A DNA stretch of 64,000 nt from Octopus bimaculoides (lineage: Eukaryota). The stretch spans positions 33,641,342 to 33,705,341 of the forward strand of contig NC_068990.1 in assembly GCF_001194135.2 (NCBI RefSeq). The letters run 5' to 3'. The first letter of the stretch is position 1; each line of letters starts with the position of its first letter. Both the position numbers and the translations under genes were made by a program. The notes beneath the pieces were generated by a model, which saw nothing but the letters and a program-made list of their open reading frames with translations, made no database searches and had not been told where the DNA came from. Of the stretch, positions 38,321-51,722 are shown piece by piece.

Positions 38321-39067
38321 TATTAGAAATGAGGCTGGTTGACAAATTGTTAACAGGACTAAAGATATTGCTCTTCTTGAGAATAAGACTTTTTGTCTAA
38401 TTAAATAGGTTCTGTAAGATAGAAGCTATTATCTAAATACATAAGTGCGCTCATATACAGAAATATACTCATATTTATAAATATACACACTTGAACAAAT
38501 GCACATTCATATACGGATACTAATACACACTATGTATATAGAGATATGATTGAAGTTCATGCAACTGTCAAGAGAAATATTATCACAGTTATTTAAATTT
38601 CATTTTACGTGAAGCAAATTGAGTAAATCTTATCAATTTCTAGCTTTTTTTTCAAATTCATTAATTTACATTTTCCATGCTTGCTTAGTTGGGCTGGTCT
38701 TCTAGTTTATCCCTATCAGATATCAAGAGTGAAAACTGTTTTCTGCTATTCAGGTCAACTGAAACAAATAGCGTTGTGTGTTTGACTCAGAAACTGGACC
38801 CAGTGACAACTTTAGAAAGGGTTGAACTTGTAATTATGTAGTACAGAGCAGTCCAGAATTGTTAACCTCAAAGCCACTGTACCATTCACATTATCATATA
38901 AACAAAATAATATATATGTGTATATATATATATATATACTGATATATATGTGTATATATATATATATATATACTGAAATATATGTATATTGAGTTCTAAC
39001 ACTAGGTTATTAGCATCGCAATTCCTAAGCGAAACATATCGAAATATACACACACACATACATGCAT

Positions 39068-39131
<64 letters not shown>

Positions 39132-39864
39132 GATGATGATGATGATGATGCAATAAGAAATGTATTTATTCATCTAAAATGATTCGGCAATTAATTTTCA
39201 CTCCATCTGACAAATTATCATACACAAATGAAATACTCCCCATCAATCATTCTTATACTTTCTCAGTCATCCTATATACCATTAAATGATATATTAGTGG
39301 TGACTAAATGATCAATTAGTACAAGAAATTGATTTTGTAAGGAATGTTATTTCAGAGGAAATATTCCAAGATATTCATCTAAGGAAATCTGACACTTTCT
39401 TGACAAAACAGAGAGTCTGGCCAGCAGAAAATATCTTCAGACAATGAAATAGTTGATTGCCAAGTCAGCATTCTTGGTTATTAGCAACATCTATCTCACC
39501 ACTATGAGAAAGTTTGAAGAGTTCATGGATTTTAACCTTTGTTTGTGAAATGGTTTCCTGTAGCAGAATTTATTCGCTTTATTGCAAAAATACAGACTAG
39601 ATCCTTGGTTCCTTCTCTGCTGACATCAACCTGTATATATTCAAGACAGACATCAGCTACTACATACTCTTAAGTGAAGGAGAGTCTTGCATAGCTTATG
39701 GCCACTTCCCTTTCTTCTTGCACTAATTTATAAAAGAATCCTAGAATGCTTTGTCTAAGCTGACTGTTTGAATTGACATTTCTTGGAGTATAAATACTAG
39801 AAATTTATCAAAAATACATTTCAGTTATTATAAAATTGCTTTACCTACAACTACCAATATTCTT

Positions 39865-40270
39865 TTCTACTCTAGGCACAAGGCCCGGAATTTTTGAGGA
39901 AGGGGCCAGTCGATTAGATTGACCCCAGTACACAACTGGTACTTAATTTATCGACCCTGAAAAGATGAAAAGCAAAGTCAACCTCGGTGGAATTCTAAAA
40001 CTAACAATGTCATTAATATGAATGTTAGTATAGATGTAAATGTTCATAATTACTGCTTATTAATAACGTTTCAAAATTTTGGGCAATTTCAAGGAAGCAG
40101 GTAAGTCAATTACATCGACTCCGGTACTCAACTAGTACTTATTCTATCAACCCTTATAGGATGAAAGTCAAAGTTAACCTTGGCAGCATTTGAACTCAGA
40201 ACATAAAGATGGATGAGATGCTACTAAAAATTTGGCCCAGTGTGTTAGCAATTTTGACAGTTTGCTGCCT
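39865..40270 (-). mobile_element. Two SINE family B copies on the minus strand
   Basis: ttttctactctaggcacaaggcccgg...gtcaacctcggtggaatt (39865-39995) and aattttgggcaatttc...atttgaactcagaac...gctgccttg (40070-40272). Confidence 0.75.
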
Positions 40271-40554
40271 TGCTGCATATTAAAAATAACTTTTTATATA
40301 AAATCATATGGAATTAAAAATAAGTGATTATGTATATATGTACATGATTAAGTTGTTGTTGTTGTTGTTGTTATTATTATTATTATGCTTGTGCATGCTA
40401 ATTTAGTTTGCAGGTATTTTATTTTGATGTTTGGTGACAACAAAATCCCCTCAAATCTTAAGAATCTTCCTTAGGATTCTAGCAGAATATGGGATGGCAC
40501 TTTTCTGCAGGTCAACAACTCATCGTTGTCATCGTCATTGTCATTATCATCATA

Positions 40555-40774
40555 TAGGGGATGAGCTGGCAGAATTGTTAGTATGTTGGACAAATTGCTT
40601 AGCAGCATTTTTCCCAACTCATACCATTTTGAGTTCTTATTCTGCCAAAGTCAACTCTGCCTTTCATACTTTTGGAGTTGCTAAAGTAAGTACTGGTTGA
40701 ATACTGCGGGTCAATGTAATTGAATCCCCATTTCCCCTCAAAAAATTGCTAGCCTTGGGTCTAAATCAGAAAGA

Positions 40775-40812
<38 letters not shown>

Positions 40813-40915
40813 ATCAAATTGGAGCCTGGTGTAGCCATCTGGTTCACCAGTCCTTAGTCAAATCGTCCAACCCATGCTAGCATGGAAAGCGGACGTTAAA
40901 CGATGATTATTATTA

Positions 40916-40946
<31 letters not shown>

Positions 40947-41150
40947 CATTATCTATTATTCTTAAGGCAGCAAGCTCGAAGAATTGTTAGTGGCATTTCA
41001 TCTGTCTTTACTGAGTACAAAATCCACTGAGTTTGACTTTGCCTTTCATCCTTTCAGGGTCAATAAAATAAGTACCATTTGAACGATAGGTTTAATGGAA
41101 TTGACTTAACCCCTTCTTGGAATTGCTGGCCATGTGCCAAAATTAAAAAG
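40555..41150 (+). mobile_element. Two SINE family B copies on the plus strand, separated by (ATT)n and an RTE tail fragment (40815-40905)
   Basis: gatgagctggcagaattgttag...; aaggcagcaagctcgaagaattgttag...; ccaacccatgctagcatggaaagcggacgttaaacgatg lies between them. Confidence 0.75.
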
Positions 41151-41638
41151 AATTATCTATCATTCCCTAGTTTTTTAGATCATGTTTTCAAAACAATTAT
41201 TAGTCAAATTAACTGATTTGTAGAAACAATAACCAGTCTGAACTTCATTTAACCGGTTGCAATGCCTGGCTTTCTGAATTTTTTAAAAAACACATTTGTC
41301 TTAGAAATTTATACTGTACATTCCTAAACCATCGTTCATCATAAATATTAGAGTTCAGATTTAAGCAGTACATTCCTTATTTCAGTTGAGACAAAACTTG
41401 TGATTGTTAAACAGCAATGGAACTGACTTAGCAATCAGCTATTCCTTAATATATTCTATGTGCTTTTTACAATGGTAGCAGCATATAAGAAAAGTGCAGA
41501 TTGACAAATTTCATCTTTTCTGCTGACTAACTTTAGTCATTTAACTATAGAGAAAGTCATTTGGATGCTGCCTTCTACACATGAGGTGGTTTTTGTACAG
41601 GTGACTGGTATCCCAAATCTATAATAGACATAGGTCAT

Positions 41639-41878
41639 TGGTTGGCACTCCGTCGGTTACAACAACAAGGGTTCCAGTTGATCCGATCAATGGAACAGCC
41701 TGCTCGTGAAATTATCGNNNNNNNNNNGCAGGGTTCGCCACCACCCACTGCCGGAGCCTCGTGGGGCTTTAGGTGTTTTCGCTCAATAAACACTCACAAC
41801 GCCCAGTCTGGGAATTGAAACCGCGATCCTACGACCGTGAGTTCGCTACCCTAACCACTGGGCCATTGTGCCTCCACT
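41639..41878 (-). mobile_element. SINE family C, young copy with a 10-N gap and a 12-bp TSD
   Basis: gttggcactccgtcggttacaac...ccctaaccactgggccattgtgcctcca; flanks gacataggtcat (41627-41638) and gatataggtcat (41879-41890). Confidence 0.85.
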
Positions 41879-44226
41879 GATATAGGTCATATTATTACTT
41901 GAACTAACAGTGAGCATTCATTAAGCTTTTACAATATATGTCACATCACATTTTTTTATGAAAGTTATGAAGCTGTATGAATTTTGTAGGAGGACCTTTA
42001 CAAACTACTTTTGGAACAAAGTGCTAAATGTATGTACACACACACACACACAAACACACATATGCACAAACACACACATGAACAATGCTTTCTCATGATA
42101 TAAGCACCACAGTTAGTTACATACTCTACATACAATTTACTATGTTTCATGTTTTTCTTTTTGATTTTTTGATTTTTTTTTTTAGTTTTTCCAATACCAA
42201 AATTCTACTGTCTGGTCAAAATTGCACATTCAGCACTAATTTGTTGAGCGCCATCTCATGTGATTGCTCAGTTTACTATAGATAGTAACCAAATCTCTCT
42301 CAATTAACACCTTACCATTTTAAAAAAGAACCACATTAAACAATGCTGCCCTGGATACACAAAATGAAGTGATAGTCATGGGTGGAAAGTCTTTGCCTGC
42401 AAGTTTGATCTTGATATAAACAACAACCAGCCACTCCATTATAATATTGATGTTCTGTATAGAAGATTGAGCTTTGAGCAGTGTTTTTCTTGATGTAATA
42501 TAACATGGAATAAATATGTTTGCTTTATAAATCACAGTAAACATGTTTATATATCTGGCATAGTGGAAGATGAAAAGAGAATTGGAATAGTATTTGTTGG
42601 AGCAGAGTAAGTCAGCTTTGATTTATCTGAAAACTGCAAGATAATGAAGGTCTGTTGATAACTCTACCTCCACCCCAACTTCTTATATTGCTTAGAGGAA
42701 GAATGTAAGTGAAAAAGATGGTGAGATATAATATATTCCTCAGGCAATACCATTTTCTTCATAGATTCCTGGCTAGGACTTTTAGACATGCAAAGCATCA
42801 AATTACTCCTGTTCAACTAGTTTTATTTGTAAATTCTTCAACAAATAAATGTCAAATAGCAAATATTGATCGAACACTGAAAATTTCTTGCTTGTTAAAT
42901 AAATATACAAACTGATTAATACTTTTGTTTGTTTGTGTTTTGTGTGTTTATTAGGCAGAAATTTTACCAAAGGCTAAACTGTGACCGAGAAAATTTGTGG
43001 CCAAGAATACTGGAGATTGCTCACTGATTTACGTGCAGGAGTAGAGGTGAAAAGTCACACGTTTCAAATCTTGCCTTTGGCAGTAGGTTGTCTTCTTAGA
43101 CAAGTCACTTTATTTATTCTTCATAGTTAAGATATTAATACAAATATGAAATTACATAGTTATTTTCTACAATTTTTCCAAATATTCCAGTTTATAGACC
43201 ATCATATTGAGGCTAGCATTGAATACAAAAATTAGAAAAACAAACTAACGACAAAAACCAATTAAGATGTATTTATTTTGTCTGGTGGAAAGCAATATAG
43301 CTTCTGATGTTAATAACTGTTAGATATGAAATCTAGATTATTAGTGAAAGTATGCGTCTGTAATAAAATATGAAGTCAGGGTTAACATTGACAAAAAGAA
43401 AAAAATGAATTTGTATTTCAATTCCATGTGTATAAACCTCAAAAACATTATTCAGTAGGGTCACATCAATCTCATCTTCTCATCTCATAGCTTAAAGAAA
43501 GTCATTATGCACAAATCAAGGAAACTACCTTGTACCTTAGTCTTCCAGTTATAGATGACACAAGATTCAAATGCTCCAAATCTTCACAAACGCTCAACTG
43601 TACAATCATTGATAATTTTATAGCGAAAACTTCCTCATCACAAGACACCATCTTTGTTCTTCAAAACTGGAAAATATTTCGACTCCTGGTAATTACTAAT
43701 GCTCTGCAAATCTCAAGTGAGATCTACTATGGAACACTCTTCGTTCATGACAGACAGAGCTGTTACACACTTATACTCACACTCGAAAACAAAAGGCTGC
43801 CCAGTTGATTGACATCAAACACTCACCAACACACACTAACCCCACCCTGACTGATTTACTGTCTTCTCACTCAGTCTTTCCTTTTCTATTAATCCTACAA
43901 TGATTCCTGCTCTTCAGAAGTGCCCCCACCCAGACCCAATTTTGACTTGCAGTTAATCAAACTACATGTCAGCTGTAGTGATCTGGGTTAGTCTCAGAGG
44001 GATTGTGACGGTTTCCTTTGGAACAAACTGTAAAAAAAATTCTGAATACAGTATTTTCCAGCATACAAGCCAAATTTTTCAAACCAAAATTTACAATTAA
44101 AAAGCTAGGGAAACTTATACACCAAGATGACTTTTGGGTACAAAATATTTGATATGAAATGCAGCAGGATTTGGAAAAAATAATGTTGATATTTGAATGT
44201 TTACACTACATGTTTACACTATATAC

Positions 44227-44602
44227 CAGTGTTTCTCAATCATTCTACACAATAAAATTGTATACCATATCTTTCTCATCTTTTTTCATCATAGTTCACA
44301 TATATATCATCATCATCATCATCGTTTAACGTCCGCTTTCCATGCTAGCATGGGTTGGACGATTTGACTGAGGATAGGTGAACCAGATGGCTACACCAGG
44401 TACCAATCTGATTTGTCAAAGTTTCTACAGCTGGATGCCCTTCCTAACGCCAACCACTCTGAGAGTGTAGTGGGTGCTTTTACGTGCCACCGGCACAAAG
44501 GCCAGTCAGGCAGTACTGGCAACAGCCACACTCAAAATGGTGTATTTTACGTGCCACCTGCACAGGAGCCAGTCCAGTGGCACTGGCAACGATCTCGCTC
44601 AA

Positions 44603-44640
<38 letters not shown>

Positions 44641-44838
44641 GGTTGTTTTATTTTTTGATAACATAATAGGTTAGGCAGGACGACATCTATATTACAATAT
44701 TACAATAACCAATAATATGTTGTGCATGTTTAGTATTATTACAGTCATGTAATATTACTATACACTCTTTCTCGCGGAACACCTAGGAACCTTTTGCAGA
44801 ACCCTATGTTTCCTGGGAACCCCAGTTGAGAAACGCCG
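44227..44838. mobile_element. hAT/Charlie-like MITE interrupted by an RTE-tail insertion
   Basis: cagtgtttctcaa...ttgagaaacgccg TIRs; 8-bp flanks ctatatac and ctataaag match 6/8. Confidence 0.7.
44306..44603 (-). mobile_element. RTE-tail-derived repeat nested in the hAT MITE
   Basis: (cat)n-cgtttaacgtccgctttccatgctagcatgggttggacg...; close match to 48472-48835. Confidence 0.85.
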
Positions 44839-45294
44839 CTATAAAGTACGTCAACTTGTATGTAAAAAAATATGGAAGTCATTTTCAGACGAACTGTAAA
44901 GTCTTCATTCATAGCAAACCAGAAAGAAGTTCTGAATGAGTTTTTCTTTTAATTAGAGTGTAGCAAACGTGTTTATAGTTATTATAGGTCCTCCTTGATT
45001 AAGAAATATAGATGAATTAAAGCTGAAGTGAGTGAAGGGATTCATGTTTATGTTGGCTGGTTAGTAGCTGGAAAGAAAGCAGAAGCAGTGAGATGAGGTA
45101 AGTGATGGAGAAGGACTGTGAAAAGAATTTATAAAATGGACTGGAGAGTGAAACATAGTATATATAATAGAAATAGGAATGTTGAAGAGAACACAACAGT
45201 TTAAAGGGAAATACAACAAGAGATGTTTTTATTCAAAATATGAACAGGGATATACCTTACAAAAAATAAAAGACAAAGGGACAAACACAAAAAC

Positions 45295-45328
45295 AGACAG
45301 ACAGACTGACACACACACACACACACTC

Positions 45329-45377
<49 letters not shown>

Positions 45378-45540
45378 CACGAGGGATTTCCACACAGCCC
45401 TCATCCACCAAATTCATTCACACAGCAATGATCGACCTGAGGTTATAGCAGAAAACACTTGCTCTGAAACCAAGAGGCTGCAAACAAAGCAAACTTCTTA
45501 ACTACATGGCTACGCCTGCACTTCTCTCTTTCTCTCTCTC

Positions 45541-45581
<41 letters not shown>

Positions 45582-45642
45582 NNNNNNNNNNNNNNNNNNN
45601 NNNNNNNNNNNNNNNNNNNNNNNNNNNNNNNNNNNNNNNNNN

Positions 45643-45700
<58 letters not shown>
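45295..45700. repeat. Compound (CA)n/(CT)n/(TG)n/(GA)n microsatellites around a gap
   Basis: Directly visible. Confidence 0.95.
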
Positions 45701-45702
<2 letters not shown>

Positions 45703-47759
45703 GCAGAAAAAGAAAGAAGGGTTGATTGGTGTAAGTGATTGATTGCTTCTCTCTCAATGTTAGGGGATTCAGGCAATCATAGAATTCTGAGGGAATCTAT
45801 TATATGGTGAAGTGAGGACTCCCTCTTATTTGATTGAATGAAGACAGTAAGAAGGGCATCCAATCAGTAAAAACCAAATGTCTTAACAAACCACAAAAAA
45901 ATATCAAAATTCCAATAAACTATGCCAAATCTACTTAACAGAAAAATATTGATTGAAAATGGTTAAAACTAGTCAATATTTAACCTTAGGAATAATAATA
46001 ATAATTATTATTATTATTAATTAGTGGTTTTGTTTTGTTTATTCTGCCAATTTATGGTTTCTCTGTATAAGACAAATCCAACTTCTATAACCTCTTCAAA
46101 ATAATTCATATTATCACCTTTGGCTAAAACACTTTCAATCAGTAGAGGTGTTGTCTTCTTTTTTAGCTTCACAACATTTACAGAATTGCAAGGAAATTTT
46201 GTTGCCTTCATTTGCTGAGAATGAAAATTGAACTGGCTTCTCCTCCACCAAATGATACCATATAACACCAATGAGATTAAGCTAATGTCCTAGAAATTGT
46301 CTTAAATGAGGACCACACACGCATATGTGCATGCACACACACGTGTGTGTGTGTGTGTCCTTCATTGCAAGAATAAAGAACAAGAGATACACATCCGGCA
46401 GGTAATTCAATTATTGTAAGCGAGATTGCAGGTGGAATCGGAAGCTAATTGCTGCTGCCACATAAACATTGGTAAAGGCATGAGGGTTAGTTTTAATGAC
46501 AAGTTGTTTTACTGAAACAGGAGAAGTGTTAAATTTAAATTAGTGTTGTATTGAGTTTGAGATTTTGAGGTTGTTGAGATGGAGAAGTGGATACTGAAAA
46601 CAACAGAATTACAAATAAATCAGGGAATGTCTTCTACTGACTATCATCGCAACACCTCAGTGTAAAATAAGATTAACTAATTACTGCACATTTTGTCTTT
46701 TACATCTGATATAATGTTCACAAACAGCAATAGGATGTTCACACATTGGTTATATTTTAATAATTGAGTTTTGTTCTTAGAAGTAAGTTTAAATATACTG
46801 GGAAATGATTGATTATTGACTGGCTATGACAGAGAATGTGGCTGGTTAACTGACTGTGATATAGTACTTGACTGAAGTGGTGATGCAGTATATGGCAGAA
46901 CTGGTGATATAGCAAATGGATGATTAACTGGACTGGTGATACAGTACATGACTGAGCTAGTAATTTTAGTATATGACTGAAGTTGTTTCTTTGAGGAAGT
47001 GTTGTGTCACATGAGAGTTACATTCATCAACCAAATGGTTTTCAGAACACATCATATCTCTAGTGATGCAGTACCCATAGAAAAGACACTCAACTCTCAT
47101 TCTGTGCACTGGTTACAGCAGCAAGCCAAGTGTATACGAGATGAAAGTTATTATTTATGGAATGTAGTGAATTAAATTCTGTAATGAACAACCTAAATCT
47201 AGTTGGATGCTAACAACATTATACACACCATCATTAACATCCAGCTGCTATAATACTGTTTTACCAAGAAGCAATACAAAGCACTGAAATCAATTTTCTA
47301 AGTACTGGTCAGTGGTTTTTTTTAATAAAGCAGACCACTAGAGAAGCTCACATGTTGTTAAGCACCCCCTGTGCTGCCCAGACAGTAACATGCTTGATTC
47401 CATCATGAAGGTTGTTGAGTTCTTCAGGTTTGGACTTGATGTGAACTTCTAGTACCTTCTTGAATAAATGTCAACAAAGCCTAAATATCTCTGATCTTCA
47501 CTTCACTGGTTATCTTGCCTTCACAGCTTCCCATTTCTGTGAGGTATACATACATAAGACTTGTTAATATCACTTGAGAATACTTCCGCCAAAGTAAATT
47601 AACTTCTCAATACAAAGAAGATGGGGTACAGGACAATTGATGAAGATGAAAGCCATTCACCTGTTTGTTCCAATGATGGCACAAATTCAAGGTTGTGTAG
47701 ATTATTAGATTATTATTGACAGTAAGATTCTTAGTATACAGGAGACAAGTATGGAATGC

Positions 47760-48190
47760 TTGTAACAAGCCTTATCACATCTGGTCACCTAAAATTTCAA
47801 AGTTAAGAAAAAGACTAGCTTTTGTTATGGCCTGTGTAGAGAGCATTGTTTTCTCTGAGACTGAAACCTAGTCTATGAAAAAGAAGCATCAAAACTGCTT
47901 TGATAAATACACCAAGCTTCTCGTGAAGGTACAAAACATCCCACAACATGACAACAAAGCAAAGAAAATATTATAGTGATACTCCATCCATCTTTACTAT
48001 TGTTGTTCAAAGCAGCATAGGCTTTGCAGATTATTGCTACCATGATGATCTACAGGCAATATCTAATGTTATATTTTAGAGTCTTCTACTCCCTAATGCA
48101 GGATGTAGATCATTTAGTTATATTGCTGTTATTGGCAGAAATACACAGCATGAGACTGAGGATTTGTTAAAACTCATGGAGGACTAAGAT
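47760..48190 (+). mobile_element. RTE-X-like LINE ORF2 C-terminal remnant
   Basis: HIWSPKISKLRKRLAFVMACVESIVFSETET*SMKK..DKYTKLLVKVQNI resembles IW.S.ISRKLK...F.ACVESILLYGSETW..T...LDG.YTRLL..VQNI. Confidence 0.65.
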
Positions 48191-48471
48191 TTTTGGTGCA
48201 GTATTGTGAAGTGCATCTCTGTTGGGGCTGCTTGAAGCATAATATTAAAACTGTACAACTGAACAATAGGTTGAATAGTTACAATAGTATTACAAGAAAA
48301 CATCATAAAGTAGAGACGTATACTTATTTTGAAAGCTGTCTCTGAGATTTCAAAGTTATTCAAGGTTTTAAACCAACCTACATCTAAGAAGGCAATTGAT
48401 ATCAAACTGCTGTTAGTTGATCCTAATTATTTACCAGAGAAGACAACAAGGCATTTCTACAGTGCACTTTC

Positions 48472-48835
48472 ATCGTCGTTTAACGTCCGCTTTCCATGCT
48501 AGCATGGATTGGATGATTTGACTGAGGACTGGTGGACCAGGAGGCAACACCAAGCTCCAATCTGATTTGGCAGAGTTTCTACAGCTGGATGTCCTTCTTA
48601 ACGCCAACCACTCCGAGAGTGTAGTGGGTGCTTTTACGTGCCAACAGCACGAGGGCCAGTCAGGTGGTACTGGTGACGGCCACGCTCAAAATGGTGTATT
48701 TTATGTGCCACCTGCACAGGAGCCAGTCCATCGGCACTGGCAATCATCTCGCCTGAATGTCTTACTGGCAACGGCCACGCTCGAAATGGTGTATTTTGCA
48801 TGTCACCTGCACAGGAGCCAGTCCATCGGCACGAA
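48472..48835 (-). mobile_element. RTE-tail-derived repeat with an internal direct duplication of about 60 bp
   Basis: catcgtcgtttaacgtccgctttccatgctagc start; ggccacgctc(a/g)aaatggtgtatttt...cacctgcacaggagccagtccatcggcac occurs twice. Confidence 0.85.
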
Positions 48836-50951
48836 GCAACCTACATCTCAATGTCTAGGTTTCTCATCAAGGTTAAAAAAATACTTTGGCTTTCATCAAT
48901 TGTAGATTCAATATAGAGTTTAAACAGACAAGAGCCACATCATAAAATTCACATATATAGGGCTCAGACCTCATCTAGAAGAGACCATTCAGTAGGAAAA
49001 CACCCAATTACCAAACCAGACTCACAGAAGATTGCAATGAAATCTTTTCACAGAAATGTCTTTATGAATTAATGATGTAAATATCATGAGTAGGAAATAA
49101 GCTACACCATTACAATGAGGTCTCTATGAGATATCATTTTGTCTGTCATAGTTTTTCTCATGCCTCTGAGGCCAATGTGTTTTAGTTAGAAATGAAGCTA
49201 TATAAGAAAAAAATATTGAATACTGCATGTAGAGATGCACTACTGTGCATATGGTTGAAGAATGTCATTAGATACTAGTTGAATAACTATTAGTACATAG
49301 AATATAATTTTGATCAGCTAGTAACTGTGTGTAGGTAGATAAGTCGAGTCAACTACTATGAAAGTTTCTTTAAAGATAATAATCACTATCAAGATGACCA
49401 GATTGTTAATAATACAGCAGAAAGCAACTTTGACATTACTACATGATAACAAAGCTCACTTATCTATCAATACTAATAATATAGTATTATTTAGAGTAGC
49501 AAACTAGATTTAGACAAACTTACACTCTAACTAATGGGGCCATATTCACTAACAGTGTCATGAAGATGGCCACATCATTCCAATGAATACATGGGAAATT
49601 GATAATTACATCAGAAGTAGATTTTCAACAACACACAGCAAGCACTTTTATTGTTCCCATTGATGTATTTTATTAGATTCTGACATTAAGAATTGGTGAA
49701 CATGTGATTTCTATAGCAGCATACCAGAAGCTATTTCTCTATATCGACCAGTCTAGGCCATCATGATAGTCAAACAGGGAAGAAACGAGTAAGTATACTT
49801 GTTATATATATAGAAAATTTAATTTTGGTAAAAAGTTAGAAAGTTTGTGAGATAAATAGTAAAAATATCTCAGAATATATCAGTCTATTCATAGACATCC
49901 TGATACATGTGTTCTATAGACAAACAAGTTAAAATAAACTGCCTGCTGACATGAAAGGTAGGAAGAAGAATAGAGAGGATTAAATGAGAAGAGACTGTTA
50001 AGCTGATAAATCTTCCATCTTGTGCTAAAATGTTAAAACAGGTAATTATATTGATAAAGAAGCTGGTGACAGATTCTATAAAAAATAAATGGCTAGTTAC
50101 AAAAACTAGCGAACTAAAAGACTGGTAGAGATTCCAAGACAATTTCTTTAATTAGCAATATTTCAAGATAACAGCTTTCCTTAATATCCATCTAGTTTCA
50201 CCAAGTTGGCAGCTTTTACTCACTACCACAATATCTTGAAGATGGCTATCAGTAAAGCAAAAGATATTCTAGTAGCTCTCACAGCCTGCAAGCTTTCTCC
50301 CCCTGGCTGAAAACTGTAGCCTGGTATTCTGGTTCTTTGTCAAGATGGTTTCTAGTAGTTACTAACTCGCCTGCCCATCTCTCCTTAATTAAGATTACTC
50401 GATAACATTTCTGTAAAGTAAAACCATTACATTTTTGCTTCCCAGTTCAAACAGTACATATCACAAAATTCCTGCCTAATTCCCTTTTTCAACCTGTTAC
50501 ACCACCACCACCACACAAATACAACACAACAAATGTGAAAACTTTCTCCATCATTGATGAGTAAACAAGGTAGCCTCTGAACAACCACTTAACTTACTCA
50601 AAGAAACGGTTAAACAACTGTCAATTCTCATCCTGCAATCTTAAAAAGAGAGAAGGAGATATTGGAAAATGTAGTTCTAGACACACCTGAGAAAATGTTG
50701 GGATGATCAGAGCTAAAACAACTTTCATTAGATGTCTGATAGATGAAGATTGACTTGGAATTAAACAGCAATACAATTTCCAATCACTCAAATCCAACCA
50801 ATCGTGATGATGTCATTTCCATTATTCTCAAACATTATTCTCTAAAGAGATAGCTTCTTTCCATATTAAATTCTTCAATCTTTCTCTCTGCAATCTATGA
50901 AAATTTGTAGCAATATGTTCAATCTCTCACAGATCAAACTCCCTCAACACT

Positions 50952-51200
50952 CTTGACCCAGCTATATACTGACCTTTCACATCCTTGACACACTTATATA
51001 CTGACCTTTCACCCATGACACAATTATATACTGACCTTTCACCCTTGACACAACTATATACTGACCTTTTATACTTAACATTGTTATGTACTATATTTCG
51101 CCCTTGATGCACTATAATCTGACATTTCACTGTTGATAAAGCAATGCATTAACCTTTCATCTTTGACATAGCTATATACTGAGCTTTCATCATTGATGTG
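50952..51200. repeat. 30-bp minisatellite, about 8 copies (cttgacacaactatatactgacctttcacc)
   Basis: First four units are near-identical; later units are degenerate. Confidence 0.9.
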
Positions 51201-51659
51201 CAACATGTGATTTATCTATCCTTTCTAGAAATTTCTAGAACAGTTTCTGTAAAAACAGAACACCAGAAATTTGATCAGCAACATCACACATTGGTTTCCA
51301 GTGAAGCAATGTTATTGCATTGACATCAGCTGAACTGAAGGAAACTTAGAAAAATTGTGCTTCTATGAGTTTTATTTGGTTCTTATTTCTTGAAGCACTG
51401 ATGAAGTCTGCTTTGGGCCACATTATACCAAATATTGTCTCTGTTAATAGATATGATGTAGTGAGGATTCAAGATATTTTATTAATTAAAATTATACACA
51501 TGGTTATGAGAGAAAATTATCATAATGATTAATTCTGATCAAGTAAAGCAAGGGAGACAATTTTAAATTCTAATTAAAAATAAAATGTTGACATGTAGTG
51601 GGGAGTGGGTATGATATTTGGTAAATAAGGTGAGACAAATGTAGACAGGTCCTCTTATT

Positions 51660-51722
51660 AGTAAAGTATTGCTAAATCTCAGTAAAGTATTGCTAAATCT
51701 CAGTAAAGTATTGCAAAATCTA
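51660..51722. repeat. 21-bp tandem triplication (agtaaagtattgctaaatctc)
   Basis: Directly visible; the third copy is imperfect. Confidence 0.9.

Noticed and set aside
38680-38760. Minus-strand terminal-exon-like VDLNSRKQFSLLISDRDKLEDQPN*; similarly EFPPMKIYAPPTK* near 31555-31600
   Set aside because: A stop upstream of the conserved catalytic exon is incompatible with CCP6, and there is no independent support for another gene.
42330-42370. KQCCPGYTK resembling an EMI-domain motif
   Set aside because: Followed immediately by a stop, with no splice support.
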